The notes under the pieces: generated by a model
The model's input: only the letters and a program-made list of their open reading frames with translations
The model's database searches: none
What the model was told of the DNA's origin: nothing
Assembly: GCA_016124335.1 (NCBI GenBank)
Contig: WGNX01000009.1
Coordinates: 101,658-165,657 of the forward strand
DNA from: Alphaproteobacteria bacterium
GTDB taxonomy: Bacteria > Pseudomonadota > Alphaproteobacteria > CACIAM-22H2
Direction of reading: 5' to 3'
Length of the DNA: 64,000 nucleotides
Shown: in pieces, positions 41,949 through 49,902 of the stretch
Layout of the letters: the number at the start of each line of letters is the position of its first letter
Numbering within the stretch: position 1 is the first letter of the stretch
Program-made: the position numbers and the translations under genes

Positions 41949-42551
41949 ATGATCGACCGCCTCATCCTGCCTTTCCAGAAGCGCATCCTCGCACCGCCGG
42001 CCGCAGCGTTGGCGCAAATCGGCGTTTCCGCCAACGCGGTGACCCTGACCGGCTTCGCGATAGGCCTTGCCGCCGTTCCGGCGATCGCGGACGGACACAC
42101 GCTTCTGGGTCTCGGCGCGATCCTCGCCAATCGCGTGCTCGACGGACTTGACGGGGCGGTCGCGCGCATCGCCGGACCGACCGCGCGCGGTGCCTTCCTC
42201 GACATCGCGCTCGACTTCTTTTTTTATGCCTGCGTGCCGCTTGCCTTCGCGCTCGCGGACCCTGCCGCAAACGCGCTTTCCGCCTGCGCGCTGGTCGTCG
42301 CGTTCGTGGGAACCGGCAGCAGCTTTCTCGCCTTCGCGGCAATTGCCGCACACGACCCGCAAGGCGCACAGGAACCGGACAAAGGCATCCGCTATCTCGG
42401 CGGCCTTACGGAAGGTGCGGAGACGATCGCCTTTTTTGTGGCCATCTGCATCTGGCCGGCGCAGTTCGCGATCCTCGCGTGGATATACGCGGCGGCATGC
42501 GCGCTGACGACGCTTTCGCGTTGGGTCGCCGGCTGGCGGACCTTCCGCTAA
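41949..42551 (+). CDS. CDP-alcohol phosphatidyltransferase family protein (YnjF-like)
   Basis: ANAVT, DGLDGAVAR..GAFLD..LD, YLGGLTEGAETI. Confidence 0.88.
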   Translation: MIDRLILPFQKRILAPPAAALAQIGVSANAVTLTGFAIGLAAVPAIADGHTLLGLGAILANRVLDGLDGAVARIAGPTARGAFLDIALDFFFYACVPLAFALADPAANALSACALVVAFVGTGSSFLAFAAIAAHDPQGAQEPDKGIRYLGGLTEGAETIAFFVAICIWPAQFAILAWIYAAACALTTLSRWVAGWRTFR

Positions 42552-43663
42552 CGTGCGGTGGCTTTCGCCAACTCCAGGAGTGGCCCGGCATTCAACCCGT
42601 CGAGCAGCGAGAAGTGATTGGCGCCCGCAAGTTGGAGCGGCGCCGGCGCACCCCACGCACGCGCGATCGCGTCGGACTGCCATTTGAACTGCGCGCTCTC
42701 CAATGCGCCCAGCGCCACGCCGATGCGCCCGGCACGGCATTTCTGGCGGATCGGCGACAGGGCATCGATATCCGCTTCACATTTCAGGCCGACGATCCGG
42801 CCCATCGGCATGTGCGTGAACGGCGTCAGGTCGAACAGGCCGGACAGCAGCAGCGCCGAGCGGATCGGCGGGCCGTCTTCGCGCCCCGCGACCATCGCGG
42901 CCAGATGCCCGCCGGCCGAATGACCCGAGACGTGCAGCGATGATGCATCGATGCCGAGCGATTCGCCCGATCGCGCGATGAAATCGACGCAGGTGTAGAT
43001 CTGCGAGACGATCCTTTCGAGCGGCGCTTCGGGCGCAAGCGCATAGTCCACATTTGCCACCGCATAGCCCGCATCGAGCATGCCTTGCATGAACTGCCCG
43101 TGCTGCTCCTTGCCCGAGGCCTGCCAATAGCCGCCGTGGATGAAAATCCACACGGGCGGACGGCGGGCACCCGTCGGGCGGTAAAGATCGAATGTCTCGT
43201 CGGCACTGGCGCCGTAGGAAATGTCGGTCGCGGGATGGTTCTTGCGCCATGCCGTGCCATCCGCCGTCCATTGATCGAACAGCACGCGCATCGACGGCAC
43301 CTGATTGCGGGGGCTGTATTCGCGCATGAGTTCGGCGCGCGAAAGCCCCTGCCAGACGGGCGTCGGGTCGGGCGCATGCCCGCGGACCGCTTCGATCTCG
43401 ACCGATACGCCGTCGCCAGCGACGACCTTTATCGGCGGGCGCGTGCCACCGAAGGTCTCGCGGTAGGCGCGGTCGATCGGACGTCGCGCCAGTGAAAGGG
43501 CGGCCGGCTCCGGGCCGCAAACAGTGATCGCACGCATGTCGCCGGGCCCGCAGCCGGCGCGCGCAAGTTCGCCTGCCGCCGCGGTCAATGCCTGCGCGAA
43601 CGCGGCCACGGCGTCCGGCTTTGCCGAGGCGCCACGCGCCCGAATGGACTCAGATACCGACAT
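42548..43663 (-). CDS. Alpha/beta hydrolase (kynurenine formamidase/arylformamidase-like) with N-terminal RidA-like extension
   Basis: FIHGGYWQ, GHSAGGHL nucleophile elbow, SGLFDL, NHF; the extra N-terminal ~90 aa end in VEIEA. Confidence 0.85.
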   Translation of the reverse strand: MSVSESIRARGASAKPDAVAAFAQALTAAAGELARAGCGPGDMRAITVCGPEPAALSLARRPIDRAYRETFGGTRPPIKVVAGDGVSVEIEAVRGHAPDPTPVWQGLSRAELMREYSPRNQVPSMRVLFDQWTADGTAWRKNHPATDISYGASADETFDLYRPTGARRPPVWIFIHGGYWQASGKEQHGQFMQGMLDAGYAVANVDYALAPEAPLERIVSQIYTCVDFIARSGESLGIDASSLHVSGHSAGGHLAAMVAGREDGPPIRSALLLSGLFDLTPFTHMPMGRIVGLKCEADIDALSPIRQKCRAGRIGVALGALESAQFKWQSDAIARAWGAPAPLQLAGANHFSLLDGLNAGPLLELAKATAR

Positions 43664-44354
43664 AGCGATGCACCACCTCCGCGTCGCGGTCGAGATCGGC
43701 GCCGGTGCCCGACCAGACGGTCCGGCCCTTCTCGATCGCATAGTGCCGATCGGCAAGCCGCCGGAGCACTTTCAGATTCTTGTCGACGATCAGGATCGAC
43801 TGGCCTTCGGCCTTGAGCGTCTCGATGCAGCGCCAGATCTCCGCACGGATGACGGGCGCAAGCCCTTCGGTCGCTTCGTCGAGAATCAGGAGTTCGGGAT
43901 TGGTCATCAAGGCCCGGCCGACCGCGAGCATCTGTTGTTCACCGCCCGAAAGCGTTGCCGCCGCCTGCCCGAAGCGCTCGCTGAGGCGCGGGAACAGCGC
44001 GCAGACCCGGTCGAGGGTCCACGGATTTTTGCGCCCGAGCCGGTTGGCGGATGTGGCGACAAGGTTCTCGCGCACCGTAAGCGTCGGGAAAACCTGCCGG
44101 CCCTCCGGCACCAGGCCGATGCCCAGCCGCGCCACGGCTTCCGGCGCACGCCCGAGGATGGGCGTGCCGGCAAACTCCGCCGTACCGCCGACCGCTCGCG
44201 TAAGCCCCATGATCGTGCGGATCGTCGTCGTCTTGCCCATGCCGTTGCGGCCAAGCAGCGTGACGACCTCTCCCCGATCGATCGACAGGTCGATTCCAAA
44301 CAGCACCTGACTGTCGCCGTAGGACGCCGCGAGGTTCGAAACGCGCAGCATCAC
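43650..44354 (-). CDS. Branched-chain-type ABC ATP-binding protein (LivF-like)
   Basis: GRNGMGKTT, LSGGEQQMLA, LDEATEGLAP. Confidence 0.94.
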   Translation of the reverse strand: MMLRVSNLAASYGDSQVLFGIDLSIDRGEVVTLLGRNGMGKTTTIRTIMGLTRAVGGTAEFAGTPILGRAPEAVARLGIGLVPEGRQVFPTLTVRENLVATSANRLGRKNPWTLDRVCALFPRLSERFGQAAATLSGGEQQMLAVGRALMTNPELLILDEATEGLAPVIRAEIWRCIETLKAEGQSILIVDKNLKVLRRLADRHYAIEKGRTVWSGTGADLDRDAEVVHRYVGI

Positions 44355-45103
44355 GCGTCCCCCTCGCCCAGATAGGCGATACGCACGGCCGGATCGGCCT
44401 GGATTTCCGCCACCGAGCCCGAGGCGATCGCGCGCCCGCCGACCAGAACCGAAATGCGATCGGCGAGCGAGAAAACGGCATCCATATCGTGCTCGACCAG
44501 CAACAGCGCGAACTGTCCCTTGAGCGATTGCAGGAGTTCGACCATCTGCGCGCTTTCGGCGGCCCCGAGCCCCGCCATCGGCTCGTCGAGCAGCAGCAGC
44601 CGCGGTTTCATGGCGAGTGCCACGGCAAGTTCGAGCTGCTTGCGCTCGCCGTGCGACAGGGCTGCGACCGGCCTGTCCGCACGCGTCGCCAAGCCGAAAC
44701 GCGACAGGATTTCCCGCGCCGGGCCGGTCAGGCGTTCGTCGGCACGCGCGTCGCCGATGAAACGGAAGCTGTGGCCCGCATTCGCCTGAACGGCAAGCGC
44801 CACATGTTCGAGCGCCGTGTAGCTACCCATCAGCTGCACGATCTGGAAGGTGCGCGCGAGCCCCATGCGCACGCGCGCGTGCACGGGCAGGCCCACGATA
44901 TCGGTGCCGTCGAGCAGGATGCGCCCGCCGTCGGGATGAAGTTCGCCGGTAAGCTGGTTGATGACCGTCGTCTTGCCCGCACCGTTGGGCCCGATCAGCG
45001 CATGGACTTCGCCTTCGGCGACGTCGAGCGACAGGCAATCGGTTGCCGTCAGGCCGCCGAAGCGCTTCACAAGCCCGTCGATGCGCAGGAGCGGCGCCTT
45101 CAC
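44351..45103 (-). CDS. Branched-chain-type ABC ATP-binding protein (LivG-like)
   Basis: GPNGAGKTT, LSHGE, LLDEPMAG, VEHDM, AYLG. Confidence 0.94.
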   Translation of the reverse strand: MKAPLLRIDGLVKRFGGLTATDCLSLDVAEGEVHALIGPNGAGKTTVINQLTGELHPDGGRILLDGTDIVGLPVHARVRMGLARTFQIVQLMGSYTALEHVALAVQANAGHSFRFIGDARADERLTGPAREILSRFGLATRADRPVAALSHGERKQLELAVALAMKPRLLLLDEPMAGLGAAESAQMVELLQSLKGQFALLLVEHDMDAVFSLADRISVLVGGRAIASGSVAEIQADPAVRIAYLGEGDA

Positions 45104-46095
45104 CGGTTGCGCCCCGAAAACAGCGCCACGAGCCCCGAAAGCCCGCCGCGGAAAAACAGGATGATCAGGATCAGGATCGGTCCGAGAAAGAACTGCCAGC
45201 GTTCGGTCCAAGCACTCAGCACGGTTTCCAGCGTGATGAGCCCTGCCGCCCCGAACAGGGGGCCGAACAGCGTGCCCGCCCCGCCGAGAATGACCATGAC
45301 CATGAGTTCGCCCGACTTCGTCCAGTGCATCATGTCGGGGCTGACGAAGCGCGCGTAATTGGCCCACAATCCGCCCGCAAGTCCCGCCCCCATGCCCGCG
45401 AGCACGAAGGCGGCAAGCTTGTAGCGGTAGACGCCGATGCCGATCGCCGCCACGCGCCGGTCGTTCTGGCGGATGGCCCCCAGCACCATGCCGAAGCGCG
45501 AGCCCGCGATCCGCCAGATGAACGCGAAGTAGGCCGCGGCCAGCGCGAGCACGACGAAATAGAAGGTCTTCGCATCGCGCATGTCGAGGCCGAAAAGCAC
45601 GTTTCGCCGGCGCACCACAAGGCCGTCGTCGCCGCCGTAGTACTTGAGCGAGACGAAGAGGAAATAGAGCATCTGAGCGAAGGCGAGCGTGATCATGATG
45701 AACTGCACGCCGGTCGTGCGCAGCGCAAGCGCGCCGATGACGAGTGCCGCGAGACCGCCAAGGACGATCGCGACGGGCATTGCGATCAGGAACTGCTCGG
45801 TGCCGAGCATCATGCCGAACAGCGGTTCGGACAGGCGCGCATGCTGGAACAGGATGCCGACGGCGTAGCCGCCGATCCCGTAGAACGCCGCATGGCCGAA
45901 GCTGATCATGCCGCCGAAGCCGAGCACGAGATTGAGGCTCGCCGCAGCGATCGCATAGATCAGCATGCGCGTGACGAGCGAGGTTGTCGCCGGCACGTCA
46001 AGCAGGTCGGCCGCGAACGGCAGGGCGAGCAGAAAGACGAGAAGCCCGCCGATCGCGAGCGCCGCGCGCGCGCCTGTGGCTTGGGGGGGCGACAT
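45100..46095 (-). CDS. Branched-chain-type ABC permease (LivM-like)
   Basis: SLNLVLGFGGMISFGHAAF, MITLAFAQ, ILGGAGTLFGP. Confidence 0.93.
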   Translation of the reverse strand: MSPPQATGARAALAIGGLLVFLLALPFAADLLDVPATTSLVTRMLIYAIAAASLNLVLGFGGMISFGHAAFYGIGGYAVGILFQHARLSEPLFGMMLGTEQFLIAMPVAIVLGGLAALVIGALALRTTGVQFIMITLAFAQMLYFLFVSLKYYGGDDGLVVRRRNVLFGLDMRDAKTFYFVVLALAAAYFAFIWRIAGSRFGMVLGAIRQNDRRVAAIGIGVYRYKLAAFVLAGMGAGLAGGLWANYARFVSPDMMHWTKSGELMVMVILGGAGTLFGPLFGAAGLITLETVLSAWTERWQFFLGPILILIILFFRGGLSGLVALFSGRNR

Positions 46096-46100
46096 CCGCC

Positions 46101-47021
46101 TCAGCCCCGCGCCGGAAAAAGGCCTTGCGGCCGCACGAGCAGGACAACGGCCATCAGCAGATAGACGCCCATTGAAGCGAGGCCGGCGGATAGCGCGTCG
46201 GCCTCCGATCCGTTGGCAAGGAGGCCGCGCATGATGTGCGGCATGAACGCGCGCATCATCGTGTCGAAGACGCCGACGAGGATCGCCCCGAAGAGCGCGC
46301 CGCGGATCGAGCCCACCCCGCCGACGACGACGACCACGAACGTCATGATCAGGATCTGCTCGCCCATGCCGACCTGAACGGAAAGCAGCGGGCCCGCCAT
46401 GACGCCCGCAAAGCCCGCAAGCAGCGCACCCAGCCCGAAGACAAGCGTATAGAGGAGGCGGATATTGACGCCGAGAGCACGCACGGTCTCGCGGTGCGTG
46501 GCACCCGCGCGGATCAGCATTCCCAGGCGCGTGTGCTGGATAAGCACGTAAAGGCCGGCTGCCAGCGAGAGCCCGACCGCGATGATCGCAAGCCGGTAGA
46601 CCGAGAAGGCGAGGCCGGGAACGATCTCGATCGATCCCGACAGCAGGGCCGGGATCGCGACGAAGAGCGGCTGCCGGCCGAAGAGGATCGAAACGGTCTC
46701 GTTGAAGAAAAGCACGAGACCATAGGTGGCAAGGACCTGGTCGAGATGGTCGCGTTCGTAGAGCCGCCGGATCACGATGAATTCGACCGCCACGCCGCTC
46801 GCGGCCGCGGCAAGAAGGCCAGCCGGCACGGCAAGGAGGAAGGAACCGGTGGCCGAGGCGGCGAGCGCGCCCGCGTAGGCGCCGATCATGTAGAGCGAGC
46901 CATGGGCGAGATTGATGATGCCCATGATGCCGAAGATGAGCGTGAGGCCGGCCGCCAGAAGAAACAGCGTTACGCCGAGCTGCAGGCCGTTCAGGATCTG
47001 CTCGATGACGAGAAGCGACAT
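46101..47021 (-). CDS. Branched-chain-type ABC permease (LivH-like)
   Basis: GLTLIFGIMGIINLAHG, VVGGVGSIRG, RPQGLF. Confidence 0.94.
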   Translation of the reverse strand: MSLLVIEQILNGLQLGVTLFLLAAGLTLIFGIMGIINLAHGSLYMIGAYAGALAASATGSFLLAVPAGLLAAAASGVAVEFIVIRRLYERDHLDQVLATYGLVLFFNETVSILFGRQPLFVAIPALLSGSIEIVPGLAFSVYRLAIIAVGLSLAAGLYVLIQHTRLGMLIRAGATHRETVRALGVNIRLLYTLVFGLGALLAGFAGVMAGPLLSVQVGMGEQILIMTFVVVVVGGVGSIRGALFGAILVGVFDTMMRAFMPHIMRGLLANGSEADALSAGLASMGVYLLMAVVLLVRPQGLFPARG

Positions 47022-47042
47022 TTGGCTTGAAAGCCGGCCGGG

Positions 47043-47093
47043 CCGGAAGTGCCGGTGCGCCAACCGCCAGAGCGGCCGCGCACCGGCTTCCGG
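47043..47093. repeat. Intercistronic inverted repeat after the binding-protein gene
   Basis: CCGGAAGT-GCCGGTGCGC ... GCGCACCGGC-TTCCGG; position typical of an mRNA-stabilising hairpin. Confidence 0.55.
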
Positions 47094-47102
47094 GATACCG
47101 GC

Positions 47103-48278
47103 TTACAGCTTGCAGAGACCCGAGTACGCGTCGCCGTGCGCGGTGAGGACCTTGCGCTGCGTCTTGATCTCGGGTTGGCCGGCCGCGCTCTTGACGACCT
47201 TCAGGGCGTACCAGTCCTGGATCGGGTGCTGGTTCGGCCCGAACTTGAAGGCACCGCGCACCGAGGCGAAGTCCGCCTTCAGCATCGCCGGCCGGAACGC
47301 CGCCTGGCCGACGTCGCCCTTCGTCTGGCGAAGGGCAGCCGCGATGGCGAGCGCGGTATCGTAGCCTTGCGAGGCATAGTAGGTCGGCGTGCGGTTGAAC
47401 TTCGCCATGAACGCCGGCACGAACTTCTTGTTCGCCGCGTTGTCGAAATCGACGTTCCAGTGCGAGGAAACCCACAGACCCAGCGCCACGTCGCCGACAG
47501 CCTTCAGCGTCGTGTGGTCGAGCGAGGGCGAGGCAACCGCCATCGGAACCTTGTCGATGAGGCCGGCCTGCGCGTACTGGCGCAGGAACGCGATGCCGAG
47601 CCCGCCCGGATGGAACTGGAAGACGACTTCCGGGTTCGCCGCGCGGATCGCCGCCATCTCGGCGGAATAGTCGGTTTGGTCAAGGCGCGTGTACTGCTCG
47701 CCGATGATCTTGCCGCCGAACATGCGCTTGAAGCCGGCGAGCGCGTCCTGCCCGGCCTGATAGTTCGGCGCGAGGATGAAGGCGGTCTTGTAGCCGAGTT
47801 CCTTCGCCATCTGGCCGGCGGATTCGTGCAGGCTGTCGTTCTGCCACGACACGACATAGTAGTTCTTGTGGCATTCCTTGCCGGCGAAATTCGACGGCGC
47901 GGCGTTGGGCGAAACGTAGGTCGCATCGGCGTCGAGGATGTCGGGCAGCGTGGCACCCAGGATGTTCGAGAACACGATGCCCGTGAGCAGCTTGATCTTG
48001 TCGTTCTTGATCATGCGCTCGGCGATCGACTTGCCCTGACCGGGCTTGAAACCGTCGTCGTCGACGACGACTTCGACCGGGACGCCGCCCAGCTTTCCGC
48101 CTTCCATTTCGACGGCGAGATTGAACGCATCACGGATGTCCGCACCCAGATAGCCGCCAGGGCCCGAGAGCGTCGTGATCAGGCCGATGCGCAGCGGGGT
48201 CTGCGCGTGCAGGATCGACGGGGCGGCGAGCGTGGCGACACCGGCACCGGCGACGGTCAGAAAAGTCCTTCTCTTCAT
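47103..48278 (-). CDS. Branched-chain-type ABC substrate-binding protein (aromatic-acid-binding type)
   Basis: MKRRTFL Tat-like leader, IGLITTLSG, TGIVFSN, SWQND, PNYQAG; RBS AGGAGG. Confidence 0.93.
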   Translation of the reverse strand: MKRRTFLTVAGAGVATLAAPSILHAQTPLRIGLITTLSGPGGYLGADIRDAFNLAVEMEGGKLGGVPVEVVVDDDGFKPGQGKSIAERMIKNDKIKLLTGIVFSNILGATLPDILDADATYVSPNAAPSNFAGKECHKNYYVVSWQNDSLHESAGQMAKELGYKTAFILAPNYQAGQDALAGFKRMFGGKIIGEQYTRLDQTDYSAEMAAIRAANPEVVFQFHPGGLGIAFLRQYAQAGLIDKVPMAVASPSLDHTTLKAVGDVALGLWVSSHWNVDFDNAANKKFVPAFMAKFNRTPTYYASQGYDTALAIAAALRQTKGDVGQAAFRPAMLKADFASVRGAFKFGPNQHPIQDWYALKVVKSAAGQPEIKTQRKVLTAHGDAYSGLCKL

Positions 48279-48367
48279 TGTCGAGCCTCCTTGTTCTCAC
48301 CGTGGCGTTGCACGGATATTTTAGACTTAAAGAATTATTAGCCCAAACGGCCGGGATTGCCCAGCCG

Positions 48368-48925
48368 TCAGATTTTGACCCACCCCGGCGGCGGTTCCTT
48401 TCCAGGGTGGACCGTTCCGCAATGCGGGCAGGTGCGCGCCTTCGCATCGGCGTAGAAGGCGTCGTAAAGCGGCGGCAGGTCCGTCACGATATTCTTCACC
48501 TCGACCTCGACGCGATGGACCAAGGTCGAGCAGGAAAAACAATACCATTCGAACCCGTCGCGGTCGCCCGGCCGCCGGGCGCCCTCGACGACAAGACCGA
48601 CCGATCCGGGGACCGGGCGCTGCGGCGAGTGGCGCGTGTGCGGCGGCAGCATGAAGACGTCGCCCTCGCGGATCGGCAGGTCGTAGATCTTCCCGCGGTC
48701 GGCGATCTTCAGGATCATGTCGCCCTTGATCTGAAAGAAGAATTCCTCGGCCGGATCGTCGTGGAAATCGACACGCGAATTGGGCCCGCCCACGACCATC
48801 GCGATCAGGCCGGTATCGGTGAACAGCATCTTGTTCCCGACCGGCGGCTTCAGCAGCGCGCGGTTTTCCTCGACCCATTTCTGGAAATTGAACGGCTTGG
48901 CGAACGGCAGTTCGGTGGGCGACAT
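48368..48925 (-). CDS. nbaC: 3-hydroxyanthranilate 3,4-dioxygenase
   Basis: LLKPPVGNK, VGGPNSRVDFH..EEFF, HSPQR, rubredoxin-like CFSC and CPHC. Confidence 0.95.
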   Translation of the reverse strand: MSPTELPFAKPFNFQKWVEENRALLKPPVGNKMLFTDTGLIAMVVGGPNSRVDFHDDPAEEFFFQIKGDMILKIADRGKIYDLPIREGDVFMLPPHTRHSPQRPVPGSVGLVVEGARRPGDRDGFEWYCFSCSTLVHRVEVEVKNIVTDLPPLYDAFYADAKARTCPHCGTVHPGKEPPPGWVKI

Positions 48926-48942
48926 GGTGCTTCCCCTTCCCT

Positions 48943-49902
48943 TCAGCGCAGCTTGAGACCGGAACCGGCGATCGCATCCTCGATCGCCTTTTTCTCGGGC
49001 CCCGTCAGGCCGAGCATCGGCGGGCGGACCGCGCCACCAGTCTGCCCCAGACAGTCCTGCCAGAATTTCGCGTGCGCGTGCGGCTTCTCGGCCGGCCTCG
49101 TCCGCTTGAAGGCCTCGCGGACAGGCTCGAGGCTGTCGCGCACGCGCCGTGCGTCGTCGATGCGGCCCGCGAAGGCAAGATCGGTATATTCGCGCATGCG
49201 CCGGTCGGCCGCGGTCTGGAAAAGGAACGGCGGGTTCGAGCACAGATAGACCTGCCACTTCAACTCGACGATGTTGTCGAACCACTCCTCCTCCGATGCC
49301 GTCGAAACGATGAGCCGGTCGCCGGCAAGCCGCGTCAGTTCGGCGTACATCGCGCGCGGCACGGAATACTTGATCGCGACGACATTGGGGATTTCCGCAA
49401 GGCGCGCGCAGAGCTGCGGGCTCATCAGGTAGCCGGAGTCCGGATGGCTCCACAGCGCGATGCCGACATCGACCTGCCGGGCGATGTGACTGTAGTAGGC
49501 CAGCAGCGTTTCGTCCTGCGCCTTCAGGAAATGCAGCACGGGCGCATGGACGACGATGTAGTCCGCCCCGACCTTCTGCGCGTGGCGCGCAAGCTCGATC
49601 ACCGTGTCCATGTTCTGGTCCGAGCACGACATGATTGTCGCGGCACGCCCGCCGACCGCTTCGACCGCAATCTCGAAGCTGCGCTTGCGCTCGGCGATGC
49701 TCATCGCGAAAAACTCGCCTTGCTTGCCGGCGATGAACAGGCCGTCAATGCCGAGCTTGCCGACCCAATGGTCGATATTGCGCGCAAGGCCCGTTTCGTC
49801 CATCGCAAGGTCACCTGCGCGGAAGGGGGTAAGCGCGGCCGCCCAGATACCCTTCATGTTCGTGCGGGCATAGGTCTTTGCCTCGGTTCGGCTGTATTTC
49901 AT
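48943..49902 (-). CDS. Dihydrodipicolinate synthase/class I aldolase family protein
   Basis: GIWAAALTPF, AGKQGEFF, Schiff-base Lys in NVVAIKYS, GGAVRPPM. Confidence 0.9.
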   Translation of the reverse strand: MKYSRTEAKTYARTNMKGIWAAALTPFRAGDLAMDETGLARNIDHWVGKLGIDGLFIAGKQGEFFAMSIAERKRSFEIAVEAVGGRAATIMSCSDQNMDTVIELARHAQKVGADYIVVHAPVLHFLKAQDETLLAYYSHIARQVDVGIALWSHPDSGYLMSPQLCARLAEIPNVVAIKYSVPRAMYAELTRLAGDRLIVSTASEEEWFDNIVELKWQVYLCSNPPFLFQTAADRRMREYTDLAFAGRIDDARRVRDSLEPVREAFKRTRPAEKPHAHAKFWQDCLGQTGGAVRPPMLGLTGPEKKAIEDAIAGSGLKLR

